This document shows, piece after piece, positions 15,735-23,157 of a stretch of DNA of 44,135 nucleotides. The notes under the pieces were generated by a model, which did no database searches, was not told where the DNA came from, and saw only the letters and a list, made by a program, of their open reading frames with translations. The position numbers and the translations under genes are program-made. Origin of the DNA: a virus. The DNA lies in the IMG/VR virus record IMGVR_UViG_3300034069_000450, positions 1 to 44,135 of that record, one strand, 5' to 3'. Within the stretch, counting starts at the first letter, position 1. The number at the start of each line of letters is the position of its first letter.

Positions 15735-16481
15735 ATGGACCGCTTCTTCGTCGGGGTCCATCAGCCGTGCGACGCGCACCGGGTGGAAGCCGCCTTCATA
15801 TCGATCCATCGCATTGCGAACCGGCGCAGTCCGTTCGCGGTCGGCGCGTGGATCATGGACAGCGGGGCCTTTCGGACGATCGAGCTGCACGCCGGCTATC
15901 CAGAGCCGCCCGAGGTCTACGCGGCTCAGATCAAGCGGTGGTCGACCAATGGCAATCTGTTGGCAGCGGTAAGCCAGGACTACATGTGCGAGCCGTTCAT
16001 GCTGGCGATCACTGGCTTAACGATCGCGGATCACCAGCGGCTGACGATCGAGCGCTACGACGCGCTGATGGCTTGCGACCTGGGTGGCGTCTACCTGATG
16101 CCGGTCCTGCAAGGCTACTCGCCAGCAGACTACGTGCGACATCTGGAGATGTACGGCGACCGGCTGGCGCATGGCGCGTGGGTCGGTGTTGGCAGTGTTT
16201 GCAAGCGCAACGGCGACCCCGCGGCGATCGAGGAGGTCCTCCTCGCGATCAAGCGCGTGCGGCCCGACCTTCGGCTTCACGGCTTCGGCATCAAGACGAC
16301 CGCCCTGCGCAGTGCGCTCGTCCGCGCGCTGCTGTGGACCGCCGACAGCATGGCGTGGAGCTTCGCAGCTCGGAAAGCCGGCAGGAACGGCAATTCAATC
16401 GAGGAGGCGCTGATGTTCGCCGACCGGATCAACAGCATGGAAATACCGGACACGCTGCTGTCGCTGATGGTGGCCGCATGA
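15735..16481 (+). CDS. dpdA: DpdA-like DNA transglycosylase (TGT superfamily, 7-deazaguanine insertion into DNA)
   Basis: N-terminal FFVGVHQP, a TGT-type catalytic motif WIMDSGAFRT, and C-terminal LHGFGIK. No tRNA-TGT zinc motif is seen. It is adjacent to the QueD-like gene. Confidence 0.6.
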   Translation: MDRFFVGVHQPCDAHRVEAAFISIHRIANRRSPFAVGAWIMDSGAFRTIELHAGYPEPPEVYAAQIKRWSTNGNLLAAVSQDYMCEPFMLAITGLTIADHQRLTIERYDALMACDLGGVYLMPVLQGYSPADYVRHLEMYGDRLAHGAWVGVGSVCKRNGDPAAIEEVLLAIKRVRPDLRLHGFGIKTTALRSALVRALLWTADSMAWSFAARKAGRNGNSIEEALMFADRINSMEIPDTLLSLMVAA

Positions 16482-16520
16482 CCGGTTTTCCCGCCCGCGC
16501 CCGCACCCAGGAGACCACCG

Positions 16521-16832
16521 ATGTCGAGTGAGAACCCTGCGATCGGCGGGCTTGCTGATCGCTGCCTACGCTTTGTCGAGGAGCAGTCGTGCGGCGAATG
16601 GGGCGAGGCAATCGAGAATGCCGACGCCGCTAATCTGCTCACCTTCGTCCAAGCCGAGATCGCAGCCGAGCGCGAGCGGTGCGCGAAGGTGGCCCATGCT
16701 GCGATCCAAGCCGAAATGGAGAAGCTGAACGATTCGAGGTCGAAGTCAATGGCGGCGATCAAATCAGGGACGCTGCTGTCCGCATCTTTTGCAGTTTCCG
16801 CCGCCATCCGGGAGAACGCCCATGTCGAGTGA
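16521..16832 (+). CDS. Hypothetical protein (103 aa)
   Basis: ORF track. It shares the GGAGA..ATGTCGAGTGAG start cassette with the next gene. Confidence 0.5.
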   Translation: MSSENPAIGGLADRCLRFVEEQSCGEWGEAIENADAANLLTFVQAEIAAERERCAKVAHAAIQAEMEKLNDSRSKSMAAIKSGTLLSASFAVSAAIRENAHVE

Positions 16833-17361
16833 GGTGGCGGCCAAGATGAAGCCGCAATACCCCGATTATCTGGACGATCCGGACGGCCTAGACCGCTTCC
16901 GCCAATCTGTGCGGGTCAACAGCGGTCATGACATGGCGTTGGTCAACTACAACTCCCTCGGACGTTTGATCGACACGATTGACCGGCTCACCCGCCAGCA
17001 AGCCGAAGCCCGCGCCACGTCGGGGGCGGGGGACAGAGAACGCCTCACTGACAAGGTGCGCGATCTTATCGCCGAAATGCAGATGGGTGATGCATCTGAA
17101 TACGAGACGACGGACGTGATCGTCGCCCTTCTCTCCGCCTCCCCCACCGAAGTGCCAGGATTGGAAGGGGTGGGGTCAGTGACGATCAGCCGGGAGCGAT
17201 ACGATCGTCTGCGCTTTGCGGCGGGAGAGATCAATGCCGATCCCGGTCTAGCAGCGGTCGCCGGTGAAAGCCGTTCTGCACTCATGACCGCGATGGCAAC
17301 GGAGCGTCGAGCGTTCGCCGCACCCACCCGCCTCGCGCTCAATGAGCAGGGGGAAGGGTGA
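16822..17361 (+). CDS. Hypothetical protein (179 aa)
   Basis: Starts at ATG 16822 (MSSEVAAKMK), the same first four codons as the gene at 16521. Confidence 0.5.
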   Translation: MSSEVAAKMKPQYPDYLDDPDGLDRFRQSVRVNSGHDMALVNYNSLGRLIDTIDRLTRQQAEARATSGAGDRERLTDKVRDLIAEMQMGDASEYETTDVIVALLSASPTEVPGLEGVGSVTISRERYDRLRFAAGEINADPGLAAVAGESRSALMTAMATERRAFAAPTRLALNEQGEG

Positions 17362-18176
17362 TGGCGTATGCTGATCGCCTCGCCCGCCGAGACCAGCGCG
17401 TTTCGCAGAGGACTCGCGTTCTGGCTTGGGTCGATGGTGTCAATAGCGCCGTCATGACCAAGCTGGCGCTTGATGAGGACTCCGACGTTATCCCGGTTCA
17501 CTGTGACCTAGGCGATAGCGTACACGAGGACAGTCACCGGTTCATCAACGATCTAGAGATATGGTACGGCAAGCCGATCATCCGCATCCGCAGCGAAGAA
17601 TACGCGACAATCGATGAGGTGTTCGAGAAGCGTCGTTATCTGTCTGGTATGAACGGAGCGCCATGCACGGGCGCCATGAAGATAGTGCCTCGCATGAACT
17701 TTCAATTGCCAAGCGATACTCACCTGTGGGGATATGCCGCCGATAAGCTAGACGCCAAGCGCTTTACTCGGATGCAGGCCGACTACCCGTTACTGCTCCA
17801 GCGCGCGCCGTTGGTCGAACTCGGCATGACCAAGCGCGACACGCATGCTTACCTCGCGGACCATGGCATCCGCCGGCCTCATGTCTACGATGTCGGCATG
17901 CCAAACGGCAACTGCATTGGCTGCGTCAAGTCGTCCAGCCCGAACTACTGGGCTCTAATCAGGCAAGAGTTTCCCAAAGTATTTGAGCGCCGCAATGCGC
18001 AAGCGCGTAGATTTGGTGCGCGCCTCGTCATCGTTGGTCGCGAGAAGGGCGAGGACGGCAAGGTCCGCAACATCCGCGCTTTTCCAGACGAAATACCGGC
18101 TGATCAATCAACCATCGTTCGCGGTGCCGACTTTGGTGGTTGTGGCTTCCATTGTCCCACGGAGCAATCCTTATGA
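17358..18176 (+). CDS. PAPS-reductase/PP-loop superfamily protein with degenerate P-loop
   Basis: Family-like layout: WVDGVNSAV where SGGxDS is expected, then NCIGC and a C-terminal GGCGFHC (compare the ECGLH-type motif). Confidence 0.5.
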   Translation: MMAYADRLARRDQRVSQRTRVLAWVDGVNSAVMTKLALDEDSDVIPVHCDLGDSVHEDSHRFINDLEIWYGKPIIRIRSEEYATIDEVFEKRRYLSGMNGAPCTGAMKIVPRMNFQLPSDTHLWGYAADKLDAKRFTRMQADYPLLLQRAPLVELGMTKRDTHAYLADHGIRRPHVYDVGMPNGNCIGCVKSSSPNYWALIRQEFPKVFERRNAQARRFGARLVIVGREKGEDGKVRNIRAFPDEIPADQSTIVRGADFGGCGFHCPTEQSL

Positions 18177-18733
18177 CCGACCCCACCCAGGCCGAAGTGC
18201 CGGCGGGCATGAAGGCGTATGGCCCCGCGCATCCGGACTATCCGAACGCGCCAAAGGACTGGAATGGTGGGCCGGTGTTGCTGCGCAACGGGGCCACGTC
18301 GCACAATGCCCAACGGTGGTCGGTCGGATATCCGGCTGACCTGTGCAATCACCCGACCGGCACCGACATCATCGCCTATACACCTTCCACGTCCGTACAA
18401 GGTGCCGGGGACGCCACCCCGCCCGCACCGACCAGCGTCGCGGATGAGGCGACCACGAAGCTGATTGCGCGGCTGGGCGTGGAGCATTGCTACCTCGCAC
18501 CGTCCGATGTCGCAGAAGCCCGACGCTTGCTCGCCTTCGCCCCGCGCCCCGCTGGGGAGGGGGAGAAAAACTCACGGGCGACGCTTGCTGTCATCCTCGG
18601 GCTGACTGAGCAGAAGGTCGGCACCAAGGCGGACTTCCGCACGGCGCTTGACGTGATCGGCAGCTTCGCTCGCCGCGAGTTGGGGGTGCCAGAACCCCGC
18701 GCCGCCCTCGCTACGGAAGGCACCCCCTCATGA
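18173..18733 (+). CDS. Hypothetical protein (186 aa)
   Basis: ATGA overlap with the upstream stop. Confidence 0.5.
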   Translation: MTDPTQAEVPAGMKAYGPAHPDYPNAPKDWNGGPVLLRNGATSHNAQRWSVGYPADLCNHPTGTDIIAYTPSTSVQGAGDATPPAPTSVADEATTKLIARLGVEHCYLAPSDVAEARRLLAFAPRPAGEGEKNSRATLAVILGLTEQKVGTKADFRTALDVIGSFARRELGVPEPRAALATEGTPS

Positions 18734-19017
18734 CGAGCGAAGCAGAGCGCGTCGAGGAGGTGGTGAAGGGGCTGACGAAAGCGCAGCGGGAGGCGGTGCT
18801 AAAGTGTCGCGATGAGTGGCTGAATGCCGCAGAAATCGGTGCTTCTGGGGCGGTGCTGACTGCGCTCTGTTGGAGGTGGCCAGATGGTCCGATTGCGCCG
18901 CCTGTGTGTCTGCTTTCCCGCGATTATAAGGACTCACCGTTGCGGTACATCTATCGCCTTACCGCTGATGGCCTAGCCGTCCGCGCCCACCTGCTTGCGA
19001 AGGAGGGGCGGCCGTGA
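18730..19017 (+). CDS. Hypothetical winged-helix-like protein (95 aa)
   Basis: YIYRLTADGLAVRAHL. ATGA overlap with the previous gene. Confidence 0.45.
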   Translation: MTSEAERVEEVVKGLTKAQREAVLKCRDEWLNAAEIGASGAVLTALCWRWPDGPIAPPVCLLSRDYKDSPLRYIYRLTADGLAVRAHLLAKEGRP

Positions 19018-19199
19018 TCTGCTTCCGTGACCGAACCTACTGCTCACGCACCGAGCACGCGCCGGATTGCGAACGCCAGTGGACGCCCGAGCTGCAAGCC
19101 GAGGCGGAACGTTGGTGGGGCGGACCTGACGCGCCTGTGTGCTTCGGCCCCTGCTGCGATGGCACTGGCGACCGCTTCGACGATCGGGTGCGCCCATGA
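19014..19199 (+). CDS. Small Cys-rich protein (61 aa)
   Basis: Six Cys residues, including CFGPCC. Overlapping start. Confidence 0.45.
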   Translation: MICFRDRTYCSRTEHAPDCERQWTPELQAEAERWWGGPDAPVCFGPCCDGTGDRFDDRVRP

Positions 19200-19633
19200 G
19201 CCCGCAGGACGAGCGGGAGGCGATTGCGCGGCTGGCCTACAGCTGGTCGCCATCGATCCACGAGGCGAAGACTGTCGACTGCGAATCAGGGGGCTTCGTG
19301 GAGGCATCTTGGGAAGAGGTCTCCGATAAAGTTCGCGGCTGGTTCTATGACCGCGCCGACGTCATCCTAGCCCTCCGCCAACCGGGGGCGGAGTACCGGC
19401 GAGGCGTGGAGGTGGAGATCGTAGCGATCCGCGAATACCTGATTGCCTGCGCTGACGCGGTGGATGTTCAGCGGGGTCGATACAGCGGCAACGTCGCGGC
19501 TATGCGGGACCTGCGAGCCGAAGCAAAGGCTTATCGGAACGCTGCCCGTATGATCGACCAAGGGGATCACACCGCGTACCGGGCCACCGCCATACGCATC
19601 CTACCCGAAAGCACGAAGGGAGAGGGACGGTGA
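19196..19633 (+). CDS. Hypothetical protein (145 aa)
   Basis: ATGA overlap at 19196. Confidence 0.5.
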   Translation: MSPQDEREAIARLAYSWSPSIHEAKTVDCESGGFVEASWEEVSDKVRGWFYDRADVILALRQPGAEYRRGVEVEIVAIREYLIACADAVDVQRGRYSGNVAAMRDLRAEAKAYRNAARMIDQGDHTAYRATAIRILPESTKGEGR

Positions 19634-19812
19634 CGGCGCGCGCTCGCTTCAGCCAGGCGGACGTGACGCGAGCATTCCGGGCGGCGAAGACGGCCGGCTT
19701 CTCTCACGTGCGCGTCGGGATTGACGTGCAGGGCAATATCGTAGTCGATGCGAGTGATGTGACGGTCATCCCCGATCGCCGCAACCCGCTCGACAGGCTT
19801 TTGGCATCGTGA
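19630..19812 (+). CDS. Small protein upstream of integrase (60 aa)
   Basis: ORF track. Overlapping start and stop. It could be a recombination directionality factor, but no motif supports that. Confidence 0.45.
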   Translation: MTARARFSQADVTRAFRAAKTAGFSHVRVGIDVQGNIVVDASDVTVIPDRRNPLDRLLAS

Positions 19813-20876
19813 AGACGCGCTACAAGAACGTCACCGTCAATCCGGATCGGCACGGCAAGCTGCGGGCACGCTTCCGCAAGGTCGGCACGACGCCGGTCTA
19901 CATGAAGGCGTTGCCCGACCAGCCGGGCTTCGACGCGGAATACCAGACGCTCTTGTCCTCGCCCCGCCAGATCGATCGCGCCATTCCCGGCAGCATCGGC
20001 GATCTGGTGACGCGCTACTATCGCAGCGGCGATTTCGCGGCGAAGGGATCAGCCGACACGCGAGCCCGGCGTCGCTACCTGATCGAGAGCTTCCGTACCG
20101 ACTTCGCCAACGACATGGTCGTGGACTTCGGATTTGAGCATATCGAGGCCATCCTGATAGCTCGTACGAAGAAGCGACGGTTGGACAGCGGGCGGGAGGT
20201 AGGCGGAGAGGTCGCCGCCAGAAATCTGCGCAAGGAACTGCGTCGCCTATTCGCCTACGCCAAGAAGCTGAAGTGGATCGCCGGTAACCCCGTCGATGAC
20301 GCGGAGAAGATCGGCAAGGCCAAGCTGGCGGGCTACTATCCGTGGGCCGAGGCGGACATCGCGCAGTACCAAGCCAAGCACGCGCTCGGCACCCGTGCCC
20401 GGCTTGCGCTTGAGATCATCCTGTGGACCGGCCAGCGCCGTGGCGACACAAGGCTGTTCGGCCCCCAGCACATCGTTCGCGGCAAGATCAATTTCCAAGC
20501 GGCGAAGAACGGTGCCGACCTCTGGCTACCGATCGCGCCCGACCTCCGCCGTGCCATCGCCGCAATGCCGAGTGTCGGCCTGCGTAGCTTCCTCGTCACA
20601 CAGGCGGGCAACGTGTTCAGCAAGGACGGCTTCGGCAACAAATTCCGCGAGTGGTGCGACGAGGCTGGCTTACCGCAATGTGCTGCTCACGGCCTGCGTA
20701 AGGCCATTGCCCGACGTATGGCGCTAAGCTCGGCGACGCAGCGCGGCATCAAAGCGGTCGGCGGCTGGAAGGGCGACAGCGAGGTTACGCTTTATACCGA
20801 ATCAGCCGAGCAAGAGGCGCTGGCAGAGACGGCACTGGGCCTGGCGATCGACCGATTCTCAACCGAGAATGGCTAA
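19809..20876 (+). CDS. int: Tyrosine recombinase / phage integrase
   Basis: Catalytic signature: WTGQRRGD (Arg), HGLRKA (H-x-x-R), GGWKGDSEVTLYT (Tyr). Confidence 0.9.
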   Translation: MKTRYKNVTVNPDRHGKLRARFRKVGTTPVYMKALPDQPGFDAEYQTLLSSPRQIDRAIPGSIGDLVTRYYRSGDFAAKGSADTRARRRYLIESFRTDFANDMVVDFGFEHIEAILIARTKKRRLDSGREVGGEVAARNLRKELRRLFAYAKKLKWIAGNPVDDAEKIGKAKLAGYYPWAEADIAQYQAKHALGTRARLALEIILWTGQRRGDTRLFGPQHIVRGKINFQAAKNGADLWLPIAPDLRRAIAAMPSVGLRSFLVTQAGNVFSKDGFGNKFREWCDEAGLPQCAAHGLRKAIARRMALSSATQRGIKAVGGWKGDSEVTLYTESAEQEALAETALGLAIDRFSTENG

Positions 20877-20892
20877 CGTGGCCGTCTGCAAT

Positions 20893-20902
20893 TTGTCTAA
20901 CC
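20893..20902 (+). repeat. attP arm-type repeat TTGTCTAACC copy 1
   Basis: Exact 10-mer also at 20992-21001 and 21043-21052. Copies 1 and 3 share ATTTGTCTAACC. Confidence 0.55.
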
Positions 20903-20909
20903 TTGCTGT

Positions 20910-20931
20910 AACCCGCAGAAAACTGCGGTTT
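20910..20931 (+). terminator. Hairpin CCGCAG-AAAA-CTGCGG followed by TTT (weak intrinsic terminator after int)
   Basis: Read directly, 35 nt after the int stop. Confidence 0.4.
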
Positions 20932-20942
20932 GCGCGGCGGGG

Positions 20943-20961
20943 TGGTGGGCCCGGCAGGACT
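20943..20961 (-). other. Possible attP core resembling the 3' end of a tRNA gene (TGGTGGGCCCGGCAGGACT)
   Basis: Read as reverse complement it looks like CCA, discriminator, acceptor stem and the start of a T-arm, then diverges. It lies between the arm repeats. Confidence 0.3.
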
Positions 20962-20991
20962 GCAAGAAATGGGCAATTACAAAGGCTTGCG

Positions 20992-21001
20992 TTGTCTAAC
21001 C
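20992..21001 (+). repeat. attP arm-type repeat copy 2
   Basis: Exact TTGTCTAACC. Confidence 0.55.
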
Positions 21002-21042
21002 ACGCGCGTTTGATGCGTTTCGCCCCTCGTCGCCCGAGGGAT

Positions 21043-21052
21043 TTGTCTAACC
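21043..21052 (+). repeat. attP arm-type repeat copy 3
   Basis: Exact TTGTCTAACC. It overlaps the stop of the RHH gene. Confidence 0.55.
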
Positions 21053-21292
21053 CTCACCCTCCTTCCCGCCCTCCCGCGCCAGCTTCTCGGCAACGGCTTC
21101 GCGCTTCTCGACTTCAGCGACCACGACATCCCGTAGCAGGCTGGCGACCGTCTCAGGCTCACGAACGACGGCTTTGATCCGGTCCACCATGCCGGGCGGG
21201 AAAGCGACCTCGCGCTTTTCAGGATACAGCAGCTTTCGGCCCACCCGCGCGCCGGTATCGGCAGGCGCATCGCTTGTCGAGATATTTAGCAT
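21047..21292 (-). CDS. Ribbon-helix-helix (Arc/Mnt/CopG-like) regulator
   Basis: KREVAFPPGMVDRIKAVVREPETVASLLRDVVVAEVEKRE fits a beta-strand-helix-helix pattern. 81 aa, lone minus-strand gene in the plus arm. Confidence 0.55.
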   Translation of the reverse strand: MLNISTSDAPADTGARVGRKLLYPEKREVAFPPGMVDRIKAVVREPETVASLLRDVVVAEVEKREAVAEKLAREGGKEGEG

Positions 21293-21337
21293 ATGCCCTT
21301 GCGCCGTTTCAGCATGTGCTTTAAATAGAGCATGTGC
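21289..21337. promoter_or_regulatory. Three GCATRTGC boxes (21289, 21312, 21330), including tandem AGCATGTGCTT(T)AAA repeats
   Basis: Repeats read directly in the 60-bp AT-rich divergent gap between the RHH gene and gene 21353. Confidence 0.55.
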
Positions 21338-21352
21338 TTAAAGGAGGCAAGT

Positions 21353-21622
21353 GTGGGCGAGCAGGTGACGATGTGGTCGGTCCGCGAGGCGACGACTAAG
21401 GGAAAAATCAGCGAAGTCGTCGGTACCCCAGAACGGGGATGGGGCGGACGAGCCGGTTTCAGGCCGCTTGATAACCGCTGGGCAACGTGGCTGGTTGGCG
21501 TGGATGTGACTCGCACGCAGGAAGAGGCTGAGGCTCTGGCGCGCGTGAACGTCGCAAAGCGCAAGGCGTCGCTCGAGAAGTCGCTGGCGAAGATCAGCAA
21601 GAATCCTTTCGCAGCCGCCTAA
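21353..21622 (+). CDS. Hypothetical protein (89 aa); positional candidate for an antirepressor
   Basis: GTG 21353 is preceded by AAGGAGG 5 nt upstream. It is divergent from the RHH gene. Confidence 0.45.
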   Translation: MGEQVTMWSVREATTKGKISEVVGTPERGWGGRAGFRPLDNRWATWLVGVDVTRTQEEAEALARVNVAKRKASLEKSLAKISKNPFAAA

Positions 21623-21646
21623 CCCACCCAACGAGGAGCGAAGAGC

Positions 21647-21946
21647 GTGAGTAGTCTATATCTTGTGACCGGTGGGTTGGTCCTGCTGATGCTGTGGAGC
21701 AGCTTCTACTACCTGTTTCGCAACGGTTGGGTTTACCGTCAGCGCGTCGCCATTCTTCAAGCTGATAGGGACGCGTACCAGCGCCTTCCATCGTACGAAA
21801 CGATGATGCGCCGGTTTTGGATTTGGGACGCTGCCAAGTTCATTGATTACGGCGAGTCACAAGCAGATGCTGATCGCCGTGAAGCCGCTAGCGCCGCCGC
21901 TCGTGGTCGTGTGATCCTCGCTCGCGTACAGGTGCGCCATGACTGA
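21647..21946 (+). CDS. Membrane protein (99 aa, N-terminal TM helix)
   Basis: LYLVTGGLVLLMLWSSFYYLF. Lower-GC codons. Confidence 0.5.
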   Translation: MSSLYLVTGGLVLLMLWSSFYYLFRNGWVYRQRVAILQADRDAYQRLPSYETMMRRFWIWDAAKFIDYGESQADADRREAASAAARGRVILARVQVRHD

Positions 21947-22169
21947 CCCCAACGGTTGGCGGCCGGAAGGCGAGGCGATTCAAGATTTAACGGTAAACGG
22001 CTTACCATACAGGGTTCACCATCGTGGGTTCGATCTAACTAGGGTGAGACTTATCCGTAAGGTCCGCGAGGGAGGGGGTAATGGTGTGCCATTACGTGTC
22101 GGCGGTGACGCATGGACGCGGGTACTACGCGCTCTCCCCGCCCCGCCCGCGCAGGATGAGGGGAAGTGA
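21939..22169 (+). CDS. Hypothetical protein (76 aa)
   Basis: ORF track. Confidence 0.45.
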   Translation: MTDPNGWRPEGEAIQDLTVNGLPYRVHHRGFDLTRVRLIRKVREGGGNGVPLRVGGDAWTRVLRALPAPPAQDEGK

Positions 22170-22813
22170 GTCAGAACGTCTCCACCGCAGTGATGCAGCG
22201 TCGCGTCGAAGCGCACGACTCGCTCGACGACTTCCCGACGCCGCCATGGGCGACGCGCGCCTTGTGCGAGTTCCTGGAGGACGAGGACCTGATTTCTGCC
22301 TACGCGACCTGCCGCGAGCCGGCCGCGAATCGAGGCCATATGGTCGCGGCGTTGCGGGAGTATTTCAGCGCAGTCGAGGCGTCCGACGTGCACGATTACG
22401 GCGTAGGCTTCCGAGTGGACGACTACCTATTTGGGCCGCTGCCCTCGTTGGTCGATTGGACGATCACCAACCCGCCATTCCGGCTAGCCGAGCAGTTCAT
22501 TGAGCGCGCTTTGGCGACAAGCCGGGTAGGGGCGGCAATGATCGTCCGCGCAGCCTTCCTGGAAGGCGTAGGCCGATTCGAACGACTGTTCTCGGAACAC
22601 CAGCCCGCGCACGTTCTCCAATTCAGCGAACGCGTCGTGATGCACAAGGGCAAGCTGTCGCCGACCGGTTCCACTGCGACGGCCTATTGCTGGATCGTGT
22701 GGCGTCCGTCGTCGATCGGAAAGATGGCGCGACCCTCGGCCAAGCTTGGATGGATTGCACCATGTCGCAAGCGACTGGAGCGTGCCTCGGATTATCAGGA
22801 CCCCCGCCCGTGA
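22166..22813 (+). CDS. Orphan DNA methyltransferase (amino-MTase, NPPF motif)
   Basis: DDFPTPPW near the N-terminus and motif IV TNPPF. No adjacent restriction endonuclease gene. Confidence 0.7.
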   Translation: MSQNVSTAVMQRRVEAHDSLDDFPTPPWATRALCEFLEDEDLISAYATCREPAANRGHMVAALREYFSAVEASDVHDYGVGFRVDDYLFGPLPSLVDWTITNPPFRLAEQFIERALATSRVGAAMIVRAAFLEGVGRFERLFSEHQPAHVLQFSERVVMHKGKLSPTGSTATAYCWIVWRPSSIGKMARPSAKLGWIAPCRKRLERASDYQDPRP

Positions 22814-23034
22814 CCGCCCCCAAAGCAGCCGAGGTGGAGGCGGAGCGTCGCGAGTGGAGCGAGGTGGTAGAACCGCTTGCCGCTCGTTTCGAGGTCGCCG
22901 CCAAGTTTGGCCAGAGCGCCGTTTGGAACGCTACCGGCTCGGCTGCGATGGCGAAGCTGATGCGGAATATGGCGCGAATCATAGACGACGAGATCATGGC
23001 CCGACGCGCCGCGCATCCTAGCAAGGGAGAGTGA
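22810..23034 (+). CDS. Hypothetical protein (74 aa)
   Basis: GTG in a GTGA overlap with the MTase stop. Confidence 0.4.
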   Translation: MTAPKAAEVEAERREWSEVVEPLAARFEVAAKFGQSAVWNATGSAAMAKLMRNMARIIDDEIMARRAAHPSKGE

Positions 23035-23037
23035 GAG

Positions 23038-23157
23038 GTGACCATTCAGTTATCAATCGCCATGCTTGGGATTGTTATCTCCCTGTCTGGAATAGGGATA
23101 AATCACACACTTAACCGCATCGCCAAGGCCTTGGAGAAGCAGCATGACCCATCCTGA
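23038..23157 (+). CDS. Small hydrophobic peptide (39 aa, VTIQLSIAMLGIVISLSGIGINHTLNRIAKALEKQHDPS)
   Basis: GTG follows GGGAGAGTGAGAG. It lies in a 43% GC pocket (26/60 by hand count, 23041-23100). It uses TTA and ATA codons that are rare elsewhere. Confidence 0.35.
   Translation: MTIQLSIAMLGIVISLSGIGINHTLNRIAKALEKQHDPS

Noticed and set aside
22036-22046. TAACTAGGGTG, a partial resemblance to the variant late motif.
   Set aside because: Only the TAACTAGG core matches. It lies in the plus-strand accessory arm inside a coding region and lacks the CGCC/ATT flanks.
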